A stretch of 64,000 bases of DNA from Lama glama. Its lineage: Eukaryota. The stretch lies in NCBI GenBank assembly GCA_028534125.1, contig CM052832.1:24678001-24742000 (forward strand), read 5' to 3'. Positions 24,190 to 36,761 of the stretch are shown in pieces. A model generated the notes under the pieces. It was not told the DNA's origin and made no database searches. It saw nothing but the letters and a program-made list of their open reading frames with translations. The translations under genes were made by a program, and so were the position numbers. How positions within the stretch are numbered: position 1 is the first letter of the stretch; each line of letters starts with the position of its first letter.

Positions 24190-24588
24190 TGCTATAGGTT
24201 GATTTATGTCCCCCAAGAAATCACATGTTGCAGTCCTAACCTTCAGTATCTCAGAATGTGACCTTGTTGGGGGAAAGGGTCATTGCAGATGTAACTAGTT
24301 AAGATAAGGTCATACTGGAGAAGGGTGGGTCCTTAATCCAGTAGGGCTGGGGTCCCTATAATATGGCCATGTGAAGACAGGGACTTAGGGAAAATGCCAT
24401 GTGAAGAGGGGGGATTATAGTGATGTATCTGTGAGCCAAGGAATGCCAAGATCACCGGCAGGGCACCAGAAGCTAGGAGGAGACGAGGCAGGATTCCTCC
24501 TCCCCAGAACTGTGAGACAATACACTTTTGTTCTTTCGAGCCACCCAGTTTGTGGTACTTCGTTACGGCAACCCAGAGAACTAACACG
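24190..24588 (+). mobile_element. MaLR solo LTR (MLT1C-like) with 5-bp TSD GAGAG
   Basis: tgctataggttgatt...ctcagaatgtgacctt...agccaaggaatgcc...agccacccagtttgtggtacttcgttacggcaaccc. GAGAG at 24185-24189 and 24589-24593. Confidence 0.9.
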
Positions 24589-27152
24589 GAGAGCTTCAGT
24601 GATTTACCCAATGGCAGTAACGAGCAGATGGCAAGTTAAGGTGTGGATAGAGGTCACAAACTCAAAAGTCCGAGTTTTTAATTAGCACCCCTCACTGTCT
24701 CTTTGAGAATAGTTTCTGCTTTACATTATACAAAAGAACATCCCCACTTTTACAAATCCTACATAATCACCAATTTTTACTCATGTCTGGCAATAGCTGT
24801 AAAACAATTTACCAAACTATCACTTTATGGATAGTGGCCCGGAGGGAGTCATACATATTTTATATAAATGTAAATTTTCTGGCACCTTTGAGAGTGTTTT
24901 GTGCACAGAGAGACTATTCAGAGATTTACTTTGGTTTTGAAAGTTAATATTTAATGTATTAAAATTGCAGATTATAAAATCTCATCTTTTCTTAAGCTTT
25001 TAAATTTAGTTGACTCTTATTATTCTAAGTATGTCAAATTGAAAAAAAGAATTTTCTTACAGAGGCCGATCAAGAAAAAAAGACCTCAGCCTTGGAATTT
25101 TGAAACTTTGCCATTTCTAAAAATTCTGTATCAGAAAAGAGGAAGAGGGCTCACAGCCAGGAGCTGGGGACTCCTATGCCTCAGTTCCTTAATCATCTGA
25201 ATTGCACGATTTCTCCGACATCTGAGTACCCATGAGGACCTATGAGCTCTTCCAAGATTGGCCTGTGGTCAGCAGGGGAGGAGGATCAGAGCGGAAGACT
25301 CATGGCGTCACTCAATGGATGGGGGCGAAGTGGAACTTTGAGATGTAAGGTAGAAAATTTCAAAAAGGCTGTTTGAAAGGGGTGTTTGGTCAGTTGAATT
25401 GCGGGTCCCTGTTCATCATGATTCCTGGAAGGGCCTCAGGCCATTTAAAACAAGTTTACTTAAACGTTGCTTTGAGGTCTTAGTTTTTGCCCTTTCTACC
25501 TTGCCAGAGCTCACAGGGCGGTATGAGTTACACGGCTGACATTTGCATACATGTTGGAAAATGTGTCTTTTAGAGTGAGAACCTTGGGCTGAGTCTGCGT
25601 GAAGAGAAATTTCCTAGCAAGGAAATTCCCTGGTGAGACTATTTCTAGAGCAATTTTTGCTACAGTAATAGCATTGCCTTCTTGCAGGGGAAAGCCTCGG
25701 GCTATCCAGAGACTAGAAGTATCACAAGTGAGACATGGGAATAGGGCAGTGACCAAGGAAGGTTAGAAGAGTCAATTGCCAGGTGGGGGTGGGAGGGGGT
25801 GGGGGCAGGTATGATAACGTCACAGTTGGGTGCTATGCGGGGTGGGACGGGGTTCCCTGAATGACATCAGGCACAAACAGGGCAAAGCACATAATGAGGT
25901 GTTAGATTGGAAAAGCCAGGCACAAAGAAGCATTCTTGATCTGATCCCTTGTCCCCCCTGCGCCCAACCTTGCCGCTGAGTGTAATGCATTGTCCTGGGG
26001 AGGAAAGAGGACATAGGGTCGTGGAAAACCCAGCTAGGTGTAGCTCACATTTGTGAACAGGTGGAGGGAGAAGCCTGCTGAAGTGCAGGCAGCCTTTTCT
26101 ATCACTGGCCCCTCTTACAACTGGCGGCATGGGCTGGATCAGGAACCGCAAAGGCGCCAAGGTGGTGGGAGGATGTTTTGTGGGGCAAGGGCCTTTAGCA
26201 GCTATGTGAACCCAAGCTTTTCCCTTCTAAGACGTCGATGACCTGATTTACCAAACAAAACCTTCCTAAGCACCAAGTAATTGTTACAAATCCAATAAAT
26301 TAAAGTAAACCGAAAGTTCTCTTCCATGTTTCAATACTGAGAATGACATGGAAGATTTCACCTTAAAACCATAAATTGACTTAAATCGACTACACAAACA
26401 CACATTTAAATTGACTGCACAAACACACGTTTCAAATTGTAGTGAAAAGATAAATACCAAATATGCAGACCCCTTCTTAACATAAGTGTATTGCTGCTAG
26501 TGTTCTGATTCTCTTAAGCATTTCTACATGTAATTCTGAATCTCACCAGGTTGAAAAACACTTACCCATTTAAGGAAGATGGTTACTCTACAGTTAACAG
26601 ACGTTCTCTACTGAGGGAGACTCACAGCTGAAGGCTGCCTAGATTCTCACTTGTGACCGTGATGGAACACGCTGGTTCTTGCTATTCCTTTATGATTCCA
26701 TAACAACAAGAGAGGATGGTCACTTACCCCTGTCCCTGGATTTAAAATTTGCACATGACCTAGTTCTTCTGTCTTCTCCAGGAGGAGTACGGAGGAGGCC
26801 CCAGCTCCCATCTCACTGAAAAACTGAAGACATATCAATGTTTTTTCATATAACCCTGAAGACCTTTAAATTTGATGGGTTTCTACTAAGTTTAAAGACC
26901 TCCAGTTCTCATGGAAACTTCCATTCTTTCATATGTAAAAAAGAGATGACAGCGAACATTATATGTAATTATATTTTTTATTTTATGTGAACTTCACTGA
27001 CTGGAGGTTATAACTTACACAGCTGGTCAACTGAAGCTCTCTTTCGGTCAGATAACGCTTTTTAATTTTTAATTTTCTACTTTCTGTATCCTTCATTGAT
27101 ATAATAAATGAGCCAATAACAGCAGTCACAAGGTTCAATAAAAATGCATTCT

Positions 27153-27391
27153 TACAAATGAACTTATTTGCAAAAGAGAAACAGATTCACAGGCATGGAA
27201 AACAAACTTAGGGTTACCAAAAGGGAAAGGGGGACGGATAAATTGAGAGTATGGGATTAGCAGATGCACACTACCATATATAAAACAGATAAACAATAAG
27301 GTCCTACTATATAGCACAGGGAACTACATTCAATATCTTGTAATAAACTATAATGGAAAGGAATTGGAAAAAGTACATATATATGTGTATA
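27153..27391 (+). mobile_element. Cetartiodactyl L1 3' UTR fragment
   Basis: acaaatgaacttatttgcaaaagagaaacagattcacag...ggttaccaaaaggg...gtcctactatatagcacagggaactacattcaatatcttgtaata. Confidence 0.85.
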
Positions 27392-29982
27392 GAGTCTTTT
27401 TCACTGTGCCTGGAACATATACTTTAATACATGGTAGCTGTAAGAATAGGTTACTGTTAGTATTCTTTTATATAAAAATGAACTCAGATGAACTAACAAG
27501 GAATGTGAACCTGTTTATAAACACAGACTTTTACATACATTTCACTCTTCCCCAGCCTTGGGCTCCGGCCACCTGCGCTCCCGAGAAGTGATGGCCAACC
27601 TTGGAGAAACTCTAGCATGAGACGTTCCCTCATGTCGAAATTCCACAGACTCTGTGAGAAGTAGAGAGGTTTGGTGTGTCTCTGGTCTTTTTCTGAGGTG
27701 AAATTTCATTGGAGGGAGAAGAGATTCTGGAAGCTGTGTTGGGGGGTGGGGGTGGGGGTGGGGATGGGTGCTGGGACCTGGGGGAGGGCAGTTTGCAGCA
27801 TTAAATAGAGAAGCTGCCAAGACTTGAGTCCCACGTTTCTTATTCTCAGTTTGGCCCAGGTCCTGGTCTCTGTTTCCTCTCACCTCTTTCTTTGTATTAG
27901 TCAAATGCTGTCTCCTTCAAATCCATAACATTTCATCCTCCCTTGTTGCCCTGGAAACAGCTCCTTTTTTTACAGCCAGGAGGGTTTTATTGATCTCTCT
28001 GCCTTCTTTCAACCCCTTTTTAAAAACAAAAACAACAACACCCCTTTTTAAAAACAAAAAACAACATCCTAAAAACTCTTCCTAGAAAAACTCAAACATT
28101 TACAAATACACATATCTACTAACTTTCTCTTTAGTAATGAAACAATGCCTCCTTTTTTTCGGTTTGTGCAGTTTTCTCTATCTCTAATCAAATTCAAGAC
28201 TACCTGTTTTTGTGTGTGTGGCATCTAGTATATTTGATTGAATGTGTTCTCTTAGTACATTTATATTCACGTTAAAATTAATTTGTGGCATCTGCCCCAT
28301 CTCTGACTGACAGCTTCGTACAGAAACTTAGTACAAAAACCCTGACTACACACAAGCCGGCCATATAACAGAAAGAATCCCACATTTCAGGAGCTGAGCT
28401 GCCCATCTTGAGTAATACTTCATATAGTAAAATTCTGGTGCAATTAACCCTAATTTAAGCCACAATATATAATAGCTTGGGCTTTGAGAAGTCCTGGCAT
28501 AATTATTTTTCATATCTGAATGCTGATTATCAGAGATTACGGAAGCCTTAGATTCTTGGGGGATAATTAATTTAATTAAGAGAGGAAATTAACTCTATAG
28601 CCAAAGCTACTTCCCATTTTACAAAGGAAATAGAAAAATTCCTCTAAAATATGACCTGTTGATAAAAATGGATGTGCACACATCCCCCTCTCCATCATTG
28701 GTGTGATGGAGCACACCTGCATCCAGAAGCGCTGGGCCCTGTCATGGAGATGTGCCTGACCCCACATGAGGCACCCATGCCCCACCTCTGTTCAGGACAG
28801 CGGGGCTCCCTGTGGGCCGCCACACACAAGGAGGATTACCCTTCTGAGTCCCTTCCTTTCTAGGTCCTGATTCCCAAGCTAGAAAGTTCCTGCTCCTCTT
28901 TGCTATCCCATAGCTCCACCCACCCTGGCCTTTTGTCCTCATTTGAGTAATTCACCATTTTCTCTCTTTTTTCCCCTTTTCCAGCCCCTATTATTTTCTA
29001 GGTTCAGGAAGAGGAAAGCAGGCTCTCCAGGCTACCATCCTAGTCTTTGTCTCCCTGAGTTCAGCTGGTTCTTTGAAGCTTGGTTTTTGCTTAGGAGTGG
29101 GACAGGAGAGGGGACCCTGGGGCCGGTGAAGGAACTACACACAAAAAACATAGTACTTCGTAATTTTATAAATTTGATTAGTTTAGAGCTGAAAAGCAAA
29201 TCAGCCGTTAGTGCAGTTCTGTCACTTATTAGTGGGGAACCTGAGGCCCAGAGATGTTAAAGGGTTTGCTCGAAGTCACCTAGTCAGTGGCAGAGGCAAT
29301 GCCAATGTCCACGTCCCCATGCTTTCAGGCCAGTGTTGTTTTCGGAAGAGTGTGTTTCCCCTCATGTAAGAACTCAATTACTACATTAAAAGTTTCTAAT
29401 CAACCATAGATAATTTTTACTGGCTTTAAAAATATTAATGAGCATGGTACAGTCTTGTTACCTATACTGGAAGAACTTGAATACTCCAAATTAAACCCCA
29501 TGTTGAGAAACAAAGAATTCAGAAAGGAATATTTCTTGGTCATTCTAGATAGTTGATTATTTGTCATCAAACTGAAGAAGGGGCTTAGCGGAGGTGCCCC
29601 CTCTAGGTCAATGTGTGATAAAGCAATAAATCATTAGCCAATCAAAGCGTGTCACTCCTGGCTGAGAAACTGCTACCGGAACTCAATTTTTCTGAGTGGA
29701 CTGGCAAGAAATTTCGCCAAGGATGCTTATGCTCAGCGTACAGTGGAAGCTGTTTCATTTTCTACAGCCTCTTCTTATTCATGATTTCTCCCTGGGCTTG
29801 GCTTCCAGAAGCCTCTTTTAATTGACTTAAATCTTCACGTGTCACATCCTGTCTGAACCTCAGAGTTTCTGAAAGAAACTGAAAACAGGATTCAAAAAGC
29901 CACGCTTCCGACAGTCCTATATCTTTGCAACTTGTGTTCCCTTCGCTCTGGAGAAAGGACACTGAGGGTGCGTGTGCTTGTA

Positions 29983-30001
29983 TGCACCACTAGAGGGCAC
30001 T
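29983..30001 (+). promoter_or_regulatory. CTCF motif
   Basis: CCACTAGAGGGCAC matches the core consensus CCASYAGRKGGCRS at all 14 positions. Confidence 0.65.
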
Positions 30002-30159
30002 TTGACACTTGCTTTCGAGACTAGTTTTTCAGAATCTCCAACTCGCAGTTCCGTGTGTCCGTTGTGTCTACACGTTACTGATATTTCATAGTAGCTCTAG
30101 TGAAATGCTCTGCCTATACAGTGATACTCTGTGATGCTTAAATATTGCTGGTGTCCCTC

Positions 30160-30880
30160 ACTTCATTCTTCTCCAAAAGTTTTTTTAGCTATTCTAATTC
30201 CTTTGACTTTTCATATAAATTTTAGAATAATCTTGCCTATATCTATACAAATTCTTGCTTGTATTTTGATAGGAATTGTGTTAACTCTGTATATATATTT
30301 GGGGACAAGTGACATTGCTACTCTATTGAGTCTTCAAATCCATGAATATGGTGTGTCTCTCCATTAGTTACATATTTCTTGATCTTTTTTTAACCAACCT
30401 TTTGTAGTTTTCAGCATACAAATCCTATACATGTGCTGTTAGAGTCACATCTAAGTATTTTGGGGTTTTGGGTGGTTATAAACAGTATTGTACTTTTAAG
30501 TTCGCATTTTCAGTTGAGCATTATGTTGAATAAAATTAGTAAGAGCAGAGAGCTTCCCTCATTCCCAATCTTAGGGAGAAATCAGTCTTCCCACATTAGG
30601 TACAGTGTTATCTGTAGCTTTTTGTACTGTCTGTGCTTTTGTAATAAGGGTAATAATTTTTTTCATAAAAAGAATTGGGAAATGATCTTTCCTCTTCTGT
30701 TTTCTGGAAGAGATTGTGTAGAATTGGTCCTTTGGTCCTGAGGTCCTTTGCCAGTCTGCCTTCCTTTCTCCACTGTTCAGAGTTTTCATATGTTTGTCTT
30801 ATATCTAATGTGCAGGGGTTTCAGTTGTATTCAGCAGAAGAGAGAGTGAAAAGTACTTCTCCATCTTCCCAGAGGAGGAA
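30160..30880 (-). mobile_element. Old L1 ORF2 fragments
   Basis: catataaattttagaataatcttg...gattgtgtagaattgg. The L1 motif ttgagtcttcaaatccatgaatatggt is present. Confidence 0.75.
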
Positions 30881-31749
30881 TTCAATTTTCCCACTATGCC
30901 ATTAACATGTTTTCTAGTTGCAACTTCATGACTTTCCTACTCACCCCCACATGCTTCCTGCCCATCTAGGAGAAACAAAGGGATGTTCTCGAGCTGGTAT
31001 TGCTGTTCGCTTCAATAAAAAGACCAGCTGTTGTACCTTTTACGAGGTGGTGATTGCTTTGGTAGGAACCCCACTTCAGAACGTGGAAGGTCCAGGAACT
31101 GCCAAATGAAGTAGGGAGTAAAAGAGTTGAGAACGTCTGGTAGAGGGCAAAATATCCTTTACCCAGAAGCACAGGCTTTTCTCACTAACAACATTTCTCA
31201 TGACATTAAAATGCAAATTCAAACACTGCTGGTAAAAACCGATATCAGCACATGCTTTCAGAATTCTTCATCGTTCCATTTTCAAGCTCATGTTCCACAC
31301 AAGATGGTTTAGTCTTTGAAACTGGCTCCATTGGCATGCACAGCAGTGTTACAACTTGTTCAAATGTTAATGCAAGCAATTGCTATTAATTTCCTGTTTA
31401 CTCTAATACAAAAATGGAAAACTTTATTCATTCAGCCAGCATTTATTCTCCTCCCGGACAGATCTCCCTCCTGCCCCTCCCATCCCCTCCCTCCTCCTTC
31501 TCTTCATCCAGACTCATTCCTACAGAAACACCCTCCATTCCATTCATTTCTCCCATGTTTTCCACTCTCTTCATTCAATTATTTACCAACTGGGTTTTTT
31601 TAAATATTAAAACAAATATCATAAAACTTTATACTGATTATCTAACATCAACATTTAATCTAGGCAGAATAATAATAATTTTGTACTTCAATCTGTTTCT
31701 TAGTTGCATTTTTTATAGGGATGATTGTTTTCAATATAGAAGTCAAATT

Positions 31750-31840
31750 TAAAAAGTTGAGATATAATTCATATACTATAAGATGCATCATCATAAAGTG
31801 TACAATTCAATGGCTTTTAGAATATTCACAGGCTGTGTGA
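31750..31840 (-). mobile_element. L1MB 3' terminal fragment
   Basis: ttgagatataattcatatac...aagtgtacaattcaatggcttttagaatattcacag, the same terminus as at 1741 and 36762. Confidence 0.7.
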
Positions 31841-32538
31841 GGTCCCTGAAGGTACTGAGGAAGCTGATGAATGAAGAGCTTGCAGGGGGTAGTTTGGGGT
31901 AGTGGGCAGCCATAAGATGTCCTAAAGGATAGAGAAATAAAGGAGAATGTGTAGAGGTGAGAAGTCAAGTCTTGGGAGGGTGTGATGACCTCCATACCAA
32001 GATGGAAATGCAGAAGGGCAGAAGGTCCCCACAGCTGGAAGAAGAGAGTCAGTCAAAGAGTCCTTAGCCTGATAAAGGTTAAATCCAATTGGGGAGCAAA
32101 GTGTGTTCCTACACAAAGCCACTCCACGTAACTGCTGGTGAATCTCAGGATTAGGGACAGAGCCCGTCACTCCTCAGCTGGTCAAGTTTGCCTGAGGTCT
32201 ACTCACTGTTGGCACAGTCATGGCGTCTTCTCTGAGCCACTGGTCTTACTATCTTTCCATCCTAAACACCATCCCTAGAACCCTCCCATCTTTCACTGCT
32301 CACCTCATGTCCTGGAGGAAATACCCCGAGCCATCCTGTCTGTACTGAGTCCTCTCTTCTCGCTGCATTTTTAAGGAAATCCAGTGATACAGGAGTCACC
32401 GTATGTTTGCCAGCAGTCTGATCACCGACTGCCAGGTGATCTTGCAGCCTAATTACTAACCCAGCCTCGCCTGTGAGTGTCAGCAGCTTGCATTATCACT
32501 GTTTCTTTCCAAGTGCCCATTTAAAGTTCTTCGCCAGG

Positions 32539-32944
32539 TATGTTAGTCTGCGAGGGCTACTGAAACCAAACACCATAGACGGACGGGCTTAAACAACAGA
32601 TAACTGTTTTCTCACAATTCTGAAGGCTGAATGTCCCAGAACAAGGTGCTGCCAGGGTTGGTTTTCGGTGAGGTCTCTCTTCCTGTCTTTCAGATGGCCG
32701 CCTTCTTTCCGTGTCTTCACATGGCCTTTCCTCTGTGCAGGCGTGAAGGGGGAGAAAGAGGTGGAGAGAGAGAGTGCGCTGTCTGTGACATCTCTTCCTC
32801 TTCTTATCAGTCTTTTCAGGTTAGGACCCCATCCTTAAGACCTCATGTAAACCTAACTGCCTCCCTAAAAGCCCCATCTCCAAATACTATCACAATGGGG
32901 CTTCGGGCTTCAACATGCATTTGGGGGGACACAACTCTGTAACA
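32539..32944 (-). mobile_element. MaLR solo LTR (MLT1A-like)
   Basis: ggcttaaacaacaga...ttctcacaattctgaaggctg...gtgtcttcacatggcctttcctctgtg...catctccaaatac...gcttcaacat. Flanks ccagg / ccacg are a possible degraded TSD. Confidence 0.85.
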
Positions 32945-33964
32945 CCACGTAACACCACGAAAAGACTGGGGATCCTTGCCATAGGGAAAAAAAAAGATCT
33001 GAAAATAATACTTGACTTCCTCTGTATTTCCATGGACTTACCAAAGGTAGAAAGTCTCAGTGGAATCACCATGTGCGCGCGCACACACACACACGGAATA
33101 TAGAATAGGTCATCTTCAAACATTTTTCACACATACCACAGTAATTTTGACACACTATCCAATTCCTTGCATTCTTATGACTGTCATCCAGAAGGCTTTA
33201 TCATAAGTTTTATGTTGTTGCAAAAGATTAACTGCCTGGTATGATGTACTGTGAGTATTAAAATTTTATAATAAGACTGTGAACATTACTCATTTAATCA
33301 TCACCATTTAAAACCGACAAGTTCTTTTTTTAATGAGAATAAATTTTAAATTGCTCCCTTTTCTCCTTGAAATTGCAACTCAATTCCACTTCTCCATAGA
33401 ATTATATCCTCTTGTAATAATACATTTTACACTCCAGAGTCTTCTACTGATCACCCTATTATATTTTTCTTCAGTAGAAAAATGAAATTAGTTCTTTTAA
33501 AAGTTCCTGTGACTAAGCGTTAAACTGTTAAACATTAATCTGGATTGAGTTTATTATGAATTTATTATTCTTACACAATTGATCAAAGCAACGTATCTAT
33601 TTTGTATACTTTGAAAAGGATAACAACGCGTAACAGTAAAAACTGCATGGGAGATTCATCTATTAAGGAGATGCATGTTTCCTCCATTTAGTTCATATAC
33701 CTATGAATGAAAATTACTTTTAGAGCACTGAGATATAGTTAAACATTAATTCTATTTCCATTCTTACTTTTATAACTAAGTATAAACACTGAAAAACTAG
33801 CTTGTATAAATAGCTGGATGAGAACTGATGTACTTTTGTTACAGCAAATAACTCAGTTCCTTGAACTCAGGATTGTATGCTAAGAATCATGTGATGATCT
33901 TCTTCCTCTCCCTCCCCCTCCTTTCTCTGTCTCTCTATCTCTCTGTCCCTCTCTCTCCCTCCTG

Positions 33965-34175
33965 CCAGGTTCCCTCCAGAGCTCGGGACATGGATTATTT
34001 TGTGCAGTCTCCTAGCAACTCTATGCAGTATGGCCTTTTATTATTCCCATTTTACAAACAAAGAAATTGAGGCACCGAGGAGACTGAATCACAAAGGCAC
34101 AAATTTAATAGATGGCAAAGCGTGACTTCAAAGCCAGACAGCCTGACCCCAGAGCCTGCACTCCTGGCCACGACC
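33965..34175 (-). mobile_element. MIR SINE
   Basis: ttattattcccattttacaaacaaagaaattgaggcacc...ttcaaagccagacagcctgaccccagagcc. Confidence 0.7.
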
Positions 34176-36761
34176 TGGCACAGCAGGGGGCACAAGATAG
34201 TCCAATTCTGTCCCAGGGCTTGGAGCACATATTTGTCAGCTGGTTCTTTAATGAGAGCGAAACCCCAGAAATAGGAAAGTTCCAAAAACGTTGTTTAAAA
34301 GTTCACTCAACTCATCATGGTCTCCTGGAGACTTGCTACCCAGTTGCCAGGTCGCTGATCTTTAGAGAGCTAGCTGGAGAAATTGCCATGATGTAAGAAA
34401 GCCCTTTTCTCAGTATTTCCAGGGATTGTCAGGCAATGTTTCTCATCCTTTCCATTCCAGCAAAGTCCAGACTGGCTCTAACTCTCCATCCTGGACAGCC
34501 TCCCATGTCCTATGTCCAGGGCTTCCAATGCCCAAAGAGTTGGTCTAACTCAGCCTCATTGCCTCCTGCTGAGGTCTGAAGGCTTCGATTTCTGTGCCAG
34601 GCACCACTGAAATGCTGTTTGCTTAAGTCAACCCTGTGTTGGGATCTCGAGGTCCTGGGTGGGGGTCAGCAGCGTATTTCTCTGTTTATTTTCGTTAGAT
34701 TCTAGCAGTTGCGACCCAGCAGTGTTGATGTACTGGGGCTGCTGTTGCCTGCTGAGCAAGGAAGCAGGGATTGGAGCTGTTGGCAGAGGTCCTGTGGGCA
34801 TGTGGAAGGGAGGGAGGGAGGGGGTGCAGGGTGGTGGGAGTCCTGTTTGGAAGTAAAAGGAGCCAATGAAAAAGCTTGGTTCTTGACTTGATTGGGTAAC
34901 TGGCGGCCTAGGCCTGGAGTCTGGCTAGCAACCGTCCTGTACATCTGGCTGCACTTCGGCCCGTCTCTGTGGCAGCCGGTTTTGGGCCTCATGGCTATTA
35001 CCCGGAGTCAGGAGCAATGTCTTTTATTCTGAGATGTCTAAACCCCCAACCACAGGCATGTTTTCCTCCAGGGCAGAGGGCAAATGCAATTACATCTGTG
35101 ACCAATTTACACAGCTGGGAGCTCAGCCTCCTGACAGAAACATTTATTTGAGATGAAAGTCTCCAGGGAGCTGGGGAACCAGACAGGAAGTGAGGTCCAG
35201 CAAGTCTTTGTTGCCTGTGCTTGCTAGCCTGAGCCTTGAAAACAAAGCACAACAAGAGAAAACGTCAACTTCGGCTTTTTTTTTTTTTTTTGACTTGAGA
35301 TCATTTTCTTTACAAGCCAGGAGGGTTTTCAAGGCGTAGAGGAGAATAAGAATATCCAAATAAGACAAGGCTGACGCTGATCTTGTACAGATACAACATG
35401 CATATCGCACACGGAAGTAGTGGCCGGGGCAACTTCTTGGAGGCCCAAACCCCCGATTTCTAGTTCTGACGGCGTCTGACTGCAGCATCCCGGACAAGTC
35501 ACCTCACTCAGGAACCTCATTACACAAGAGAAGGTCAGCCTCCAGGCCCATGAGCTTTTGAAGGATCTACAAAATTGTTTGGGGCTGGAAAATATTGACA
35601 TCACCCCCTAACAAATTTAAAAAAGAAAATGGCCAGACTGAAAGACATGGGTCTGTAAGATGTTGTTATTGTGTCCAGTTCATTCATTTTTAAATCCCTA
35701 TTTTTAAAATCCGTAATTTAAAAAAGAGTTTATCAGGTTAGATTTTCTCACTTTACAGTAATTCTGAGTTGGCTGTACTGAGAAGTCACTGTTAATTGTA
35801 AATGATGTGTTATTCATAGACAGATGATTTTTTTGAAGCAAAATGATGAACATCTTGTCAATTTCTTGAGTTAAGAATTAAATATTTAAAGTAAGTGCAT
35901 TTTAATATGTTTGGTACACACTCAGTGAGGTCCTTTTCAGCATTGAAAATTCCATCACCCTACGTTGGCAGAGGACTCCCAGTCGGATACAACCTCAACA
36001 AGGTTGAGCTAATCTTTTGGAGGAAAGCTATGCCAGAAAAGATGGTTAGTATTACAAATGCTGCAGAGCTTCCTGCTAGGAACAGAAGTGAGCAGGCGGG
36101 TGTGTATACCTGTGGCCAGCTTTCTGCAGCAAGAGGGACCAGAATCTTGCACAAGCCCAAAAGAGTGAGCTAGAAGCATCAAATGACAGGCCCTTGAATA
36201 GGGAGCTCCGGCACAGTGGCATCACCTCTGTCCTCACCAACATAGCACGTGTTAGACTGAACCACATGAAACTGCCGATGACGGACCATTTCCAACCTAC
36301 AGAAATGGCAGCCTCACGTGGTCCAAACTACCACTTGCAGATGGGAGTGTCATTTCCATCCTCAGGCTGCTTGCAAGGACAGGCTGATTGGAGCGGATGA
36401 TAAATGTGTTGTGGTGCTTTCTGCTGGAAACTTCAATTCCATCTTAAAACATGAGTGCAATCATTTGCCCAGTTACCCTTGTGAAGAGTCTGGGCTCAAA
36501 AATGATTGCCTTCCATAGTTTTGTCCCATGCCCCTGAACTCCGGGGACTCCAATCCTTTGGAATTCTGAGCTGATTGTGGGTCCTTTGCCACCACCTTGC
36601 TCAACTCCTTAGGTTTCTAGATCCCTTTTCTAGAACTTTCTAGAGAGCAAAGGAAAACCCTGCAAAAGCATTGCATAGGCAAGCCTACGAGGAACAGTCT
36701 AATCCAGTATTTAGCCATAAGGCAAAGACTGGCTTTTGTTGGTTGGTTGGTTTCTTCCTGA

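Noticed and set aside
27969..35329. Shared ~19-mer tttaca(a)gccaggagggtttt at ~27969 and ~35309
   Set aside because: The similarity does not extend into the flanks and there are only two copies, so it cannot be told from chance.
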